64,000 bases of DNA from Candidatus Dormiibacterota bacterium. GTDB taxonomy: Bacteria > Chloroflexota > Dormibacteria > Aeolococcales > Aeolococcaceae. Shown piece after piece: positions 37,282 to 47,404 of this stretch (its first letter is position 1; every line of letters begins with the position of its first letter). The translations under genes and the position numbers were made by a program. Below the pieces are notes generated by a model. That model worked only from the letters and a program-made list of their open reading frames with translations. It did not search any database and was not told the DNA's origin. Where the stretch lies: assembly GCA_963718525.1 (NCBI GenBank), contig OY970355.1:2816001-2880000 (forward strand), written 5' to 3'.

Positions 37282-38352
37282 GTGGTTCTCGGGCGGCCAC
37301 CATGTGCCCATCTGCTCGGTGAGCACCTTGAACGTACACTTGGGGGCCTCACCAGCCCGAACGTCGCGGAGCGCGCAGCCTTGCCTGGTTCGTCATTCGA
37401 CGCCGCCACGGGTCCCCTGACGCAGCCGGTGCTGAGTCCGCTCACCGGCGCGGCGATCTTTCTGGTGGTCGCCATCAACGCCGGCGGCGAATCTGCGACT
37501 CGCGACCTGCTCGGCGACTGTGCCGGGCTGCAGCGAGCCGTCGGATTCCGGATCCCCGACGGCGGGCTCACCTGCGTGGTCGGCGTGGGATCGGAGGCCT
37601 GGGACCGCTTGTTCGCCGGCGCACGACCGGCGCAGTTGCATCCCTTCCGCCAGATCGCCGGCGCCAAGCACCGAGCCGTGGCCACTCCGGGTGATCTGCT
37701 GTTTCACATTCGCGCTTCGGAGATGGATCTCTGTTTCGAGCTCGCCGGCCAGATCATGGACCGGCTCCGCGACGTGGCCACGGTCGTCGATGAGATCCAC
37801 GGATTCAAGTACTTCGACGAGCGTGACCTGCTCGGCTTCGTGGACGGGACCGAGAATCCGACCGGACGTGTCGCCTTTGACGCGGTGATGATCGGTGACG
37901 AGGACCCTGCGTTCGCAGGCGGGAGCTACGTCATCGTGCAGAAGTACGTCCACGACCTTCACAGCTGGAATGCGCTCTCGGTGGAGGCTCAGGAACATGT
38001 GGTGGGACGCACCAAGCTGGCCGACATCGAACTCGCCGACGATATGAAACCGAGCAACTCGCACGTCGCGCTCAACGTCATCACCGATGCCGATGGCAAG
38101 GAACTGAAGATCCTGCGGGACAACATGGCGTTCGGGAACGTCGGTCGCGATGAGTTCGGGACCTTCTACATCGCCTACGCGCGCACGCCGGCGGTGACGG
38201 AGTTGCTGCTCAACAACATGTTCATCGGCGACCCGCCCGGCAATTACGATCGAATCCTCGACTACTCGACAGCGCTCACCGGCGCCCTGTTCTTCGTGCC
38301 GTCGCAGGACTTTCTCGACGCCCCGCCGGAGCTTCCCGCACCGTCGCCCTAA
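37282..38352 (+). CDS. Dye-decolourising peroxidase (DyP, B/P type); true start probably downstream
   Basis: QPVLSPL..AAIFLV, TPGDLLFHIRA, GFVDGTENP, SHV, ILRDNM, GALFFVPS. Confidence 0.95.
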   Translation: MVLGRPPCAHLLGEHLERTLGGLTSPNVAERAALPGSSFDAATGPLTQPVLSPLTGAAIFLVVAINAGGESATRDLLGDCAGLQRAVGFRIPDGGLTCVVGVGSEAWDRLFAGARPAQLHPFRQIAGAKHRAVATPGDLLFHIRASEMDLCFELAGQIMDRLRDVATVVDEIHGFKYFDERDLLGFVDGTENPTGRVAFDAVMIGDEDPAFAGGSYVIVQKYVHDLHSWNALSVEAQEHVVGRTKLADIELADDMKPSNSHVALNVITDADGKELKILRDNMAFGNVGRDEFGTFYIAYARTPAVTELLLNNMFIGDPPGNYDRILDYSTALTGALFFVPSQDFLDAPPELPAPSP

Positions 38353-38370
38353 CGGTCGCAGCAGCGGCGC

Positions 38371-39588
38371 CTAGCGAATCCTCACGTGTCGAGGATCGAG
38401 CTCGGAGACGGCCCGAACTCCGAGGAGCTGCATGGTCCGCCGCATCTCACGCTCCAGGATTGCGGTAGCGCGCTCGACCCCGCGCTCACCCCCCGCCATC
38501 AGTCCGTACAGGTACGCCCGGCCGACCAGGACGTTGCGCGCGCCCAGCGCGGCGGCGGCCACGATGTCGGCGCCGCTCATCACTCCCGTGTCAACCCAGA
38601 CCTCGGTTCGATCGCCCACCGCATCGACCACCGCTGGGACGAGGCTCAACGGCACCGGTGCACGATCGAGCTGGCGGCCCCCGTGATTGGAAAGCACGAT
38701 GGCCTCAACTCCAGCCGCCGCCATGCGTCGTGCATCATCCACCGACTGGATGCCCTTCACGATGAGCGGGCCTGCCCAGAACGATCGGACCCATTCGAGA
38801 TCCGACATCGTCATGGTGGGATCGAACAACTCATCGATCAGCTCGGCAATCGTGCGGTTCCATCCGGCCATGGAAGCGAAGGTCAGCGGTGCCGTGGTCA
38901 GGAGGTTCGCCCACCACGCCGGATGCGTGGCGATGTCGGCAAGCGTGTTGAGACTGAGCTTCGGGGGTATGGAGAAACCATTGCGCGCGTCGCGCAGGCG
39001 GTTCCCCGCCACGGGCACGTCGACAGTCAGGATCAGCGCTTCGTAGCCGGCGGCGCCGGCCCGCGTCATCAGCTCTTCGCCTGCGCTGCGGTCCTTCCAG
39101 ACATACAGTTGAAACCACTTGCGCGCGGCCGGCGCCGCGACGGCGATGTCCTCGATTGAGGTGGTCCCCATGGTGGAAAGGGCATATGGAATGCCGTGCC
39201 GCTCCGCGACGTGAGCTACCGCACGCTCTCCCTCGTGGTGCATCAGTCGGGTGAAGCCGGTCGGTGCGAATGCAAAGGGCGCTGATGATATGCGCCCCAG
39301 CACATCGCACGATGTATCGACGGCAGACACGTCGTGAAGCACCGCCGGCAGGAATTCGAGTCGCTGGAACATCCTGCGGGCTCGCTGCAGGCTGACCTCC
39401 CCTTCGGCTGCCCCGTCGGTGTAATCGAACACCGCTCGCGGAACTCGTCTGCGCGCCGTCATGCGCAGGTCAGCAATGGTGAGGGCTGCAGCCAGCCGGC
39501 GCTTGGTTGGGTTGCGTTCGACAGGTCGCACGCGCAGCAGTGGCTTGATCTCGGACCATCTCGGCAGCTGACGCTGCGGTTCGTGCAC
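38371..39588 (-). CDS. lldD: FMN-dependent alpha-hydroxy acid dehydrogenase (L-lactate dehydrogenase-like)
   Basis: FDYTDGAA, APTG, WFQLY, LTVD, VKG, SNHGGRQLD, GRAYLYG; GAGGAG RBS before GTG. Confidence 0.9.
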   Translation of the reverse strand: MHEPQRQLPRWSEIKPLLRVRPVERNPTKRRLAAALTIADLRMTARRRVPRAVFDYTDGAAEGEVSLQRARRMFQRLEFLPAVLHDVSAVDTSCDVLGRISSAPFAFAPTGFTRLMHHEGERAVAHVAERHGIPYALSTMGTTSIEDIAVAAPAARKWFQLYVWKDRSAGEELMTRAGAAGYEALILTVDVPVAGNRLRDARNGFSIPPKLSLNTLADIATHPAWWANLLTTAPLTFASMAGWNRTIAELIDELFDPTMTMSDLEWVRSFWAGPLIVKGIQSVDDARRMAAAGVEAIVLSNHGGRQLDRAPVPLSLVPAVVDAVGDRTEVWVDTGVMSGADIVAAAALGARNVLVGRAYLYGLMAGGERGVERATAILEREMRRTMQLLGVRAVSELDPRHVRIR

Positions 39589-39605
39589 TGATGTCTCCTC
39601 GGGAA

Positions 39606-40562
39606 TCACGTCGCGACGCAACTCAACGCCTCGATGACGGCGGACACGAACGCCTCGCCCCCTCCGTGACCGGTGTCGTCGATGATCTGGAGGCGGCTGG
39701 TGGTCCAGTTCCGGGACAGCAGCCACGCCGTCTCGAGCGGGCTGCTGACGTCGTACCGGCCATGGATCAGGACTCCGGGGATCCCGGCAAGCACCGCTGC
39801 ATCGCGGAGGAGTCGATTGTCCTCAAGGAAGGCGGCATGTCGCCAGTAATGGGTGACCAGGCGAGCGAACCTCAGACGGAACTCCGGGTCGTCAAATCGA
39901 GGGTTGTGCTGATGTCCGGGGACAAGCGAGACGTGGGTGTCCTCCCACGCGCACCACGCTCGGGCGGCACGCTCCCGAACGTCGGGATCCGCGTCGAACA
40001 GCAGGGTTGCATACGTGTCAACCAACGACGTCGCCCGCAACCGCTCGGGCACGGAGGAGGCAAACTGTTCCCACTCCGCGGGAAAGATGCGCCCCACGTC
40101 ACGCGCGATCCAGTCGACCTCGCGGCGCGACGTTGTCGTGACCAGCGCCAGGACGAGGCCTCTGACTCGCTCCGGATGTGACTCGGCATAGGCCAGGCCC
40201 AGGGTTGTTCCCCAGGACATGCCCAGCACCACCCACCGATCGATCCCGAGACGCTCGCGAAGACGTTCCATATCGGCGATCAGATGCGCCGTGGTGTTGC
40301 TGCTCAGGTCTGCATCCGGCTCGCTGGCCAGAGGCCGGCTGCGGCCGGATCCGCGCTGGTCGAACAGCACGGCGTGGTACGCATCCGGATCGAAGAAACG
40401 ACGCTGATTCGGCGTGCACCCCGACCCCGGTCCACCGTGCAGAAACACCGCAGGTATGCCCTTGGGGTTGCCACACGTCTCCCAGTACATGGTGTGTCCG
40501 TCGCCGACACGCAACATGCCGCCGTCGTTGGGTTCGATCGATGGGAACAGGCCCGGCGCCAC
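39606..40562 (-). CDS. pip: Prolyl aminopeptidase (S33)
   Basis: GNPKG..LHGGPGSG, FDQRGSGRS, GMSWG, HGRYD, TGH. Confidence 0.93.
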   Translation of the reverse strand: MAPGLFPSIEPNDGGMLRVGDGHTMYWETCGNPKGIPAVFLHGGPGSGCTPNQRRFFDPDAYHAVLFDQRGSGRSRPLASEPDADLSSNTTAHLIADMERLRERLGIDRWVVLGMSWGTTLGLAYAESHPERVRGLVLALVTTTSRREVDWIARDVGRIFPAEWEQFASSVPERLRATSLVDTYATLLFDADPDVRERAARAWCAWEDTHVSLVPGHQHNPRFDDPEFRLRFARLVTHYWRHAAFLEDNRLLRDAAVLAGIPGVLIHGRYDVSSPLETAWLLSRNWTTSRLQIIDDTGHGGGEAFVSAVIEALSCVAT

Positions 40563-40644
40563 ACACGTCCTCCACGTTGGATCAGCTTCGGACCGATCCT
40601 AGCCGCCGGTGTCGTGGCCGAGGATTCCGCGCCGTCTGATGACG

Positions 40645-40938
40645 TCAGGCCGAAGCCTCGCCGGGCCACGGCGAGCTCGCGACCTCGAGGATTCGTTCGA
40701 ATGGGATCGCGGCCTCTTCAGCAACACGCCGCACCGATGTCTCGGAGCCCTCGAATCGGCAGAGCACGACCTCGTCGCGGGGCATGAGGAGAGAGCCGAG
40801 ATACCGAACATTCTCGCCGTTGCGAGTCAGCTCGGCGGCGCGTGCGGCCACACGCTGGTCAAGCGCGCTCAGATCTGCCTCGCGAACTCCGGGCCAGAAA
40901 CACTCGGCCACGAACTGCGTCGCAAACGACGGCTGCAT
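40645..40938 (-). CDS. Small DUF4242/SCO4226-like protein (97 aa)
   Basis: FVAECFWP...VRYLGSLLMPRDEVVLCRFEG...AAIPFERILE; CATGCT-N6-ATG. Confidence 0.75.
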   Translation of the reverse strand: MQPSFATQFVAECFWPGVREADLSALDQRVAARAAELTRNGENVRYLGSLLMPRDEVVLCRFEGSETSVRRVAEEAAIPFERILEVASSPWPGEASA

Positions 40939-40944
40939 GGGGAC

Positions 40945-41011
40945 AGCATGGCCATGAGCGGAGGCAGATGAAAGTGGGAAAACCCTACGTTCCGGCGGCT
41001 CCGACCCTACG
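40945..41011 (-). promoter_or_regulatory. Putative LuxR operator plus -10 box for the small gene
   Basis: GTAGGGTTTTCCCAC imperfect palindrome (40974-40988), CGTAGGGT repeated 22 bp apart, CATGCT -10 at 40945-40950. Confidence 0.55.
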
Positions 41012-43772
41012 CCTGTTCCTGCGCGTCGGCGGCCTCAAGCGCGCGCGCCAAGCCACCTCGAGCGCGGATGCCGAGCTTGCGGTACACGCGAGTCAGGTTG
41101 GCTTCCACGGCCTTGGTCGTGAGGAACGCCCGCTCGGCGATCTCGCGGTTGGCGAGTCCCGACGCAGCCAGCTCAGCGACGCGCGCCTCCGTTGGCGTCA
41201 GGGCGTCGATCAAGGACGCTCGGTGGCCGAGACGCTCGATGTCCTCGCGCGTCCGAGCCGCCCAGACCGGCATGCCCAGCCGATCGAACACGGCGAGCGC
41301 TTCGTGGAGCGTTGCCTTGGCGCGTGCACGCTGTCCGCTTCGGCGTTGCACGCGACCCAGCGCGAGGAGCGTGCGGCCCCGTTCGGAGGGGATGCCCAGT
41401 CGCCCGTGCTCCTCCAGTGCGCCGCGGAGTGTTGCCAGAGCGCCGTCACGGTCGCCGCGCGCTGCCTGCAACAGCCCGCGACAGCGTCCCGCCGTGGCGA
41501 GAGCCCACGAGCGGTCCAGATCGATGCCCCTCCGCTGCAGCCACGCGGTCAACGTCTCGGCGCGGTCGAGCAGCCCGAGCTCGATGAGCGCCTCGATCTG
41601 ATCGGGCACGAAGACGCTCAGCACCGGGTCGAGTGCGTTCATGCTCGGGATCAGATCGGCCATCGGCCCCAGCGCAGCATCAACAGCCGCAGGATTCCCG
41701 GTGGACAGCTCCACGATTCCCAGGGCCCACAGCGGCCAGATCGTTCCCGACGGCCAGTCGATGGCCTGGAAGCGGCCCACTGCCTCCATCGCCTCCTGAC
41801 GGGCGAGGTCGGTGGATCCGTCATGAGCGTGCACAAGCGCGGCGGCCGACAGCGCCGCCCCGTACGATGCCGGGTCGTCGAGCAGAGCGGCGGCCTGGGT
41901 TCCCTCGGCCGCGTATCGGGCAGCGGCGGCGAGATCGCCCTGCCACACGCAGGTCCACGTCAAGTACAGGCACAGGAACGCTATCGGGCTCTCCTCGCCG
42001 CGCTCCAGGGTCTCGGTGTGGAGCTGGTTGAGAGCGGCTCGTGCCTCATCGAGCCTGCCTGTCCACAACGACAGGAGCCCATGGAGGAACGTCGGGCGGC
42101 ACTGCCACGTCCTCACGCGGTAGGGGTCCTCGAGCTCTCGAGCCCTCCGGAGGCGGGGCTCGTTGAGACCTTCGCCGCACAGAAACTCCGTCATGCTGAG
42201 CACGCCGAGCGCATCGGCAAGCGCTCCAGGGACCGACTCCCCCTCGGTGCCGGCAACCGCCCTCTTCGCGTATCGCACGGCGCCGGCGAAGTCGCCCAGG
42301 CTCACCAGGTAGTAGGTGAGATCCAGTTCGATCCCCGCCTCCAGCTCCTGATCACCTGCTGACAGCTCCAGCGCCTGCAGCGCAACCTCGAGAGCCAGGG
42401 TGAACGAGCTGCGCCGCGCGTGCAGCTGGCCCAGCAGTTGCAGCGCCTCGGCACGGAGGATCCCATCCAGAGGTTCCTGCAGGGTCTCCTGGAGGATCCC
42501 GTCGGAGCGGACGAGATCGCCTGCGTCGAACCAGCGCCTGGAGGCCGCGACGCGCCGCGCGTATCGGTGGCCGGCCTGCGTCGCCGGCGTGAGGCGCACT
42601 GCGAGCTCGAGCAGCTCCGCCGCCGTGTCAGGAGCGCCGCGTGATCCGGCGAGCTTCGCCGCCGCCTCAAGCTCTGCGGCGATCAGCTCATCCGGTTCGC
42701 CGGCGCCGAGGGCCGCATGGCGCGCGCGCTCCTCAGGCTGCGCGACGACTCCGGCCAGCTCGCGGTGCAGCCGGCGTCGCTGCGGCGCATCTGCCTGCTC
42801 ATACACCACTGATGCGAAGAGCGGGTGGGTGAAGCGAACCCGGCTCTGCTCGACCGACACCAGACCCGCGCGTTCAGCCGGGGCAAGTGCAGCAGCGTCG
42901 ACGAGGTCGGTGGAGGGCTGTGTCAGCGCCGCCGCGATGAGCAGCGCATGCCGGCTCGCAGGGGGCAGCCGCCCCAGCCTGGCCGCGACAAGATCGGTGA
43001 GGGTTGAAGGCACCGGCAGGGTACGGTCATCGATGGGGCGGCCGATCAGCTCCGCTGCAATTTCCAGCGCGTAGAGCGCATTGCCGCCGGTGGCGCGCTC
43101 GATCTGCACGAGCGCATGCCGCGGCAGCGACTGGTGGGTCCGCTGCTTGATGACCTGGTGCAACGCGGCGAGCGTGAGCGGGCCGACCTTGATCGTGCGG
43201 CGGCGATCCGGGTCGGCGGCGCGATCGACGCGGAGCGGCCGCGTCGTGCCGGTCCGGACAGTCAACACAAATGCAACGGACTCGCCGTGCAGTCGCCGCG
43301 CCGCGAATATCAAGGCGCGCGCCGACGGCGGGTCGAGCCAGTGGGCATCGTCCACAGCGACGACCAGCGGACGTTCCGCAGCCAGCAACCGGAGCACCGA
43401 CAGCACCGCGGCGCACAGGGCGAGCTCGTCGATGCCCCGAGGCGGAGCCGGGGCGCGAAGCAGGGCCGCGGCGATGGCCTCCCGTTGTGGAATCGGCAGC
43501 CGGTCGATCATCGAGTTGTCGACCCCGTCGAACAGATCAGCGAGGGCCGCGAACGACAGCGTCGCCTCTGATTCGCTCGGCCGGGTCACGATCACGCGTG
43601 CTCCCCGGGCGCCGGCCTGACGCAGTGCCTCCCACCACAACGTGGTCTTGCCGATGCCCGCCTCGCCCTCCAGGGTGAGCTGGGTGAACTCCCCTCCCAA
43701 GGCGCTGAGGAAGTTCGCAATCGCCAGCCGTTCCTGGTCCCGGCCGATCACCCCGCCCACCGCATCTCCCAT
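41007..43772 (-). CDS. AAA/STAND ATPase-TPR-LuxR regulator (LAL/MalT-like)
   Basis: IGRDQE, GEAGIGKT, VAVDDAHWLD, GGNALYALE, FTHPL, LTPTEARVAELAASGLANREIA...NLTRVYRKLG. Confidence 0.93.
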   Translation of the reverse strand: MGDAVGGVIGRDQERLAIANFLSALGGEFTQLTLEGEAGIGKTTLWWEALRQAGARGARVIVTRPSESEATLSFAALADLFDGVDNSMIDRLPIPQREAIAAALLRAPAPPRGIDELALCAAVLSVLRLLAAERPLVVAVDDAHWLDPPSARALIFAARRLHGESVAFVLTVRTGTTRPLRVDRAADPDRRRTIKVGPLTLAALHQVIKQRTHQSLPRHALVQIERATGGNALYALEIAAELIGRPIDDRTLPVPSTLTDLVAARLGRLPPASRHALLIAAALTQPSTDLVDAAALAPAERAGLVSVEQSRVRFTHPLFASVVYEQADAPQRRRLHRELAGVVAQPEERARHAALGAGEPDELIAAELEAAAKLAGSRGAPDTAAELLELAVRLTPATQAGHRYARRVAASRRWFDAGDLVRSDGILQETLQEPLDGILRAEALQLLGQLHARRSSFTLALEVALQALELSAGDQELEAGIELDLTYYLVSLGDFAGAVRYAKRAVAGTEGESVPGALADALGVLSMTEFLCGEGLNEPRLRRARELEDPYRVRTWQCRPTFLHGLLSLWTGRLDEARAALNQLHTETLERGEESPIAFLCLYLTWTCVWQGDLAAAARYAAEGTQAAALLDDPASYGAALSAAALVHAHDGSTDLARQEAMEAVGRFQAIDWPSGTIWPLWALGIVELSTGNPAAVDAALGPMADLIPSMNALDPVLSVFVPDQIEALIELGLLDRAETLTAWLQRRGIDLDRSWALATAGRCRGLLQAARGDRDGALATLRGALEEHGRLGIPSERGRTLLALGRVQRRSGQRARAKATLHEALAVFDRLGMPVWAARTREDIERLGHRASLIDALTPTEARVAELAASGLANREIAERAFLTTKAVEANLTRVYRKLGIRARGGLARALEAADAQEQA

Positions 43773-43894
43773 GCGCCCGATGATGGATCTCAACCGGCAT
43801 CCCCTGCAGGTTCACCGAGGTGGCGGCGAGCTGATCCCTCCTCCTCAAGGATGACGCGGCCGCCGTGGCGCTCGGCTACGCTCGGGCCACCTCC

Positions 43895-45043
43895 ATGATT
43901 GCCGAGTCGTTCAAGCGTTTCAACGGGCTGCATCCAGCCGTCCCAGACGGGGTCATCGCGATTCTGCTGATGGCGATCGCGGACGTCGCCGCCTACCAGG
44001 ACAGCGGGAGGCTAAGCGTCGCGCAGGTGGTGATGATCGCGCTCATCACGCTGCCGGTGGCGGTTCGGCGATCGTTCCCGACTGCCGTCGTGGTGCTGGT
44101 CGGCGGCGCCCTGATATTGAACTTGCTGCTCGGTCACACCAATTCATTCATCGAGAACTTCGCGATCCTGCTGGCGCTGTACACGTACTACGCGTCGGTA
44201 CCCGCAGGATGGCGGATCGGGGTCATGACCGTCGTGTTGATACTCGGGGTGATCGCCGGCATCGCGCTGGGCTGGCGCATTCAGCACCGGGTCTACGTGT
44301 CCGATATCGGCTACAACGCCATCATCTTTGCTCTCCCCGTCATCCTCGGATTCGGCGTCCGCACGCGGCGTGCATACATTGCCCAACTCCATGAACGGGC
44401 GACGCTCCTCGCGCGCGAAGCTGCGGTGGCCGAACGCACCGCCATCGCTCGAGAGCTGCATGACGTGGTCGCCCACAGTCTGAGCGTGATGGTGCTGCAG
44501 GCCACGGCGGCCCGGCGGCTGGCCCGACGCGATCCCGGCAGCGCCGCGGCCACGTTCGACGTCATCGAGCAGACTGGGCGTGATGCTCTCGGAGATCTCC
44601 GGCGCGCCATCAGTGTGCTCAAAACCGACTCCCTTGAAGCCGCGTCGCTTGCACCACAGCCGAGCCTGCTCCAGCTGGACGCTCTGATCGACCAGGTTCG
44701 CCAAGCAGGTGTCTCCGTCCACTTCAGCGTCGAAGGGACGAAGCGGCCGCTCGCCCCGGGTGTGGAGCTCTCCGCGTATCGCATCGTGCAGGAGTCCCTG
44801 ACCAATGTGCTGAGACATTCGGGCGCGAGCGACGCAGTGGTCGCGATCACGTATGGGTTCGACGATCTGATTGTCGAAGTGACCGATGACGGGCGCAACG
44901 GCGCGGCTCCATCGGGCGGCGGCAGCGGCCTCGTCGGCATGCGGGAGCGAGTGGCGCTGTTGCATGGCGACTTTCGTGCGGGTCCGACCGCCAAAGGGTT
45001 CAGCGTTTCGGCCCGCTTACCGCTCGATCCGCTCCCGGCATGA
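43895..45043 (+). CDS. Membrane sensor histidine kinase (HisKA_3, NarX/DesK type)
   Basis: ERTAIARELHDVVAH, YRIVQESLTN, DDG, GSGLVGMRER. Confidence 0.95.
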   Translation: MIAESFKRFNGLHPAVPDGVIAILLMAIADVAAYQDSGRLSVAQVVMIALITLPVAVRRSFPTAVVVLVGGALILNLLLGHTNSFIENFAILLALYTYYASVPAGWRIGVMTVVLILGVIAGIALGWRIQHRVYVSDIGYNAIIFALPVILGFGVRTRRAYIAQLHERATLLAREAAVAERTAIARELHDVVAHSLSVMVLQATAARRLARRDPGSAAATFDVIEQTGRDALGDLRRAISVLKTDSLEAASLAPQPSLLQLDALIDQVRQAGVSVHFSVEGTKRPLAPGVELSAYRIVQESLTNVLRHSGASDAVVAITYGFDDLIVEVTDDGRNGAAPSGGGSGLVGMRERVALLHGDFRAGPTAKGFSVSARLPLDPLPA

Positions 45044-45693
45044 TCCGTGTGCTGCTGGTCGACGACCAGCCCCTGGTGCGTGCGGGGCTGCGGACGCTTC
45101 TTGAGGATGAATCAGATATCGAGGTGGTGGGTGAAGCTGCCGATGGCGACGAGGCGGTCGCACTCGTCGGTGCACTGACCCCGGACGTCGTGCTGATGGA
45201 TATTCGCATGCCCGTCGTTGATGGGATCGAGGCAACCAAGCGCATCACGGCGCAAGGGTCCGTCGCGCGAATCGTGATTCTGACGACCTTTGATCTCGAT
45301 GAGTACGTCTTCAGCGCGCTGCGCGCCGGGGCGTCCGGGTTCATGCTCAAGGACGCCACTGCAGAGGAGATCGTCCGCTCGATACGCGTCGCACGATCGG
45401 GCGACGCGTTGCTCGCACCGTCGGTGACACGTCGATTGATCGAGCGCTTCAGCGGGCATCTGCCGAAGGTGGAGGGCCGGCAGCTGCGGTCGCTCACCGA
45501 GCGAGAACGTGAAGTGCTGCTGCTCGTGGCTCGTGGCATGAGCAACACCGAGATCGCACGACGTCTCTTTCTTGGTGAGACGACCGTGAAGACGCACGTG
45601 GCGCACATGCTGGACAAGCTTGATCTGCGCGACCGTGTCCAAGCTGTCGTTCTTGCGTACGAATCGGGGTTGATCGAGCCAGGGCTGAGCTAA
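45040..45693 (+). CDS. NarL/LuxR-family response regulator
   Basis: VDDQ, LMDIRMP, LTTFD, LKD, LTEREREVL..VARGMSN; ATGA overlap with the kinase. Confidence 0.96.
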   Translation: MIRVLLVDDQPLVRAGLRTLLEDESDIEVVGEAADGDEAVALVGALTPDVVLMDIRMPVVDGIEATKRITAQGSVARIVILTTFDLDEYVFSALRAGASGFMLKDATAEEIVRSIRVARSGDALLAPSVTRRLIERFSGHLPKVEGRQLRSLTEREREVLLLVARGMSNTEIARRLFLGETTVKTHVAHMLDKLDLRDRVQAVVLAYESGLIEPGLS

Positions 45694-45847
45694 ACACTCG
45701 ATCTCATCCGAGCGATCGAGTTGCAATCAGCATCGCGAATGACGCTCGATGAGCGGCCGCCGCCGGACGATGTGCGCACCGGAGTCGCCGGCAATCGGCA
45801 TCAAGGAGCGTCGTGATGAGGGCGAGCAGCGGATTGCGACCGGCATC

Positions 45848-47383
45848 GTGATTGCCCCCGCTTCACTCAGCGCGCCGGCGTCCGGGTCGGCCGGCGCAAT
45901 CACAGATCCAACCGGGACTACTCGGTCACGATGCACGTCCGAGCGGTCGAGCGTCGTTCTGCTGGCCCTGTCCGTCCTCGCCCTCCACCTGGCCACCAAT
46001 GGGCTGTATGGCTACCATCGCGACGAGCTCTACTACCTGGACAGCGCGCGCCACCTGACGTGGGGATTCGTCGACTATCCGCCGATCACGCCGGCCATTG
46101 CTCGGTTGAGCGAGGTGCTTTTCGGTAACAGCGTCTGGGGCCTTCGTCTGTGGCCGAGCCTCGCCGGCTCGGCGATGATCATCTTGAGTGCGCAGATTGC
46201 CCGCGAACTCGGCGGCGGCCGGACCGCGCGCCTCCTCGCCGCGTTCAGCGCTGCCGCCAGCCCAGTGTTGCTCGGCTCCAACTGGCTCTTCGAGACGGTG
46301 ACCTTCGATCAGCTCGCGTGGCTGGTGTGCTTCTGGCTCACGGCGAGGATTGTGAGGACCGGGGATCGGCGCCTCTGGGTGGCTCTCGGAGCGTGCGTTG
46401 GGGCTGGACTCGAGACGAAGTACACGATCCTCGCTCTCGTCGGTGGCCTGATCGCCGCCATTGCACTCACCCCGCTGCGCCGGCATCTGCGCAGTCCGCA
46501 GCCCTGGGTCGGTCTGGCCGTGGCCTTGTTGATTGTCTGTCCGAATGTGATCTGGCAGGCGGCGCATGGCTGGCCGTCGGTTGACTACACGGTGAGCCAC
46601 CACGCTGCCCAGGCCGGTGACTTCGGGCCGCTGACATTTCTCACCAGTCAGCTCGCGCTGATCGGCCCTCTCGCGATCCCGGTTTGGCTGGGTGGCTGGT
46701 ACTGGCTGCTGTCTGGCAGGGGCCGTGCACTCGGCATCGCAGCGCTGGTGGTCTTCGCTGTCTTTCTGTTCGCCGGCAAGGGGTATTACATCGGCCCGCT
46801 GCATCCCCTCCTGATGGCCGCTGGGATGTGCGGCATCGAGGCTTGGACACGACGGCGCGTTTCCTGGCTTCGATCGACGGCGATCATCGCCCTTCTGCTT
46901 CAGGCGGCCGTGCTCCTGCCGATTGCGATGCCGGTGATCCCCGAACCGCTGATGGCACGCTCCGTTCTGCCGTCGATCCGCACGGATTTTGCGGACACCG
47001 TGGGCTGGCCGGACCTGGTTGCGGAGATCGACGCCGTCTACCGTCGGATGCCTGCGCTCGCTCGATCCCCGATGATCCTGACGGGCAACTACGGCGAAGC
47101 CGGTGCAGTCAACACCTATGGACCGTCGCTCGGGCTTCCGATCGCCGTATCAGGCGAGCTCAGCTACTACTACTGGAGGCCCGCACGCGTCAGCGGCTCC
47201 GTCATCGCCGTGGGCCTCGGCGCAGCATTCCTCTCAACTCTGTTCGACGGTTGTTCGACGGTCGGCATGGTGTCCAACCAATTTGGGTTGCACAACCAGG
47301 AGTCCGGAGCGCCAATCGTGGTCTGCGCTCGGCCACGTGTCACAGTCGACAAGCTCTGGACTGCCCTGAAGTCCTTTCAGTGA
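45848..47383 (+). CDS. GT-C glycosyltransferase (family 39/ArnT-PMT-like); start uncertain
   Basis: YGYHRDELYY, WGFVDYPP, GLETKYT, WQAAHGWP, GKGYY, NYGEAGA; many TMs. Confidence 0.88.
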   Translation: MIAPASLSAPASGSAGAITDPTGTTRSRCTSERSSVVLLALSVLALHLATNGLYGYHRDELYYLDSARHLTWGFVDYPPITPAIARLSEVLFGNSVWGLRLWPSLAGSAMIILSAQIARELGGGRTARLLAAFSAAASPVLLGSNWLFETVTFDQLAWLVCFWLTARIVRTGDRRLWVALGACVGAGLETKYTILALVGGLIAAIALTPLRRHLRSPQPWVGLAVALLIVCPNVIWQAAHGWPSVDYTVSHHAAQAGDFGPLTFLTSQLALIGPLAIPVWLGGWYWLLSGRGRALGIAALVVFAVFLFAGKGYYIGPLHPLLMAAGMCGIEAWTRRRVSWLRSTAIIALLLQAAVLLPIAMPVIPEPLMARSVLPSIRTDFADTVGWPDLVAEIDAVYRRMPALARSPMILTGNYGEAGAVNTYGPSLGLPIAVSGELSYYYWRPARVSGSVIAVGLGAAFLSTLFDGCSTVGMVSNQFGLHNQESGAPIVVCARPRVTVDKLWTALKSFQ

Positions 47384-47404
47384 CGAAGCTGCGGCGACGT
47401 CTCG

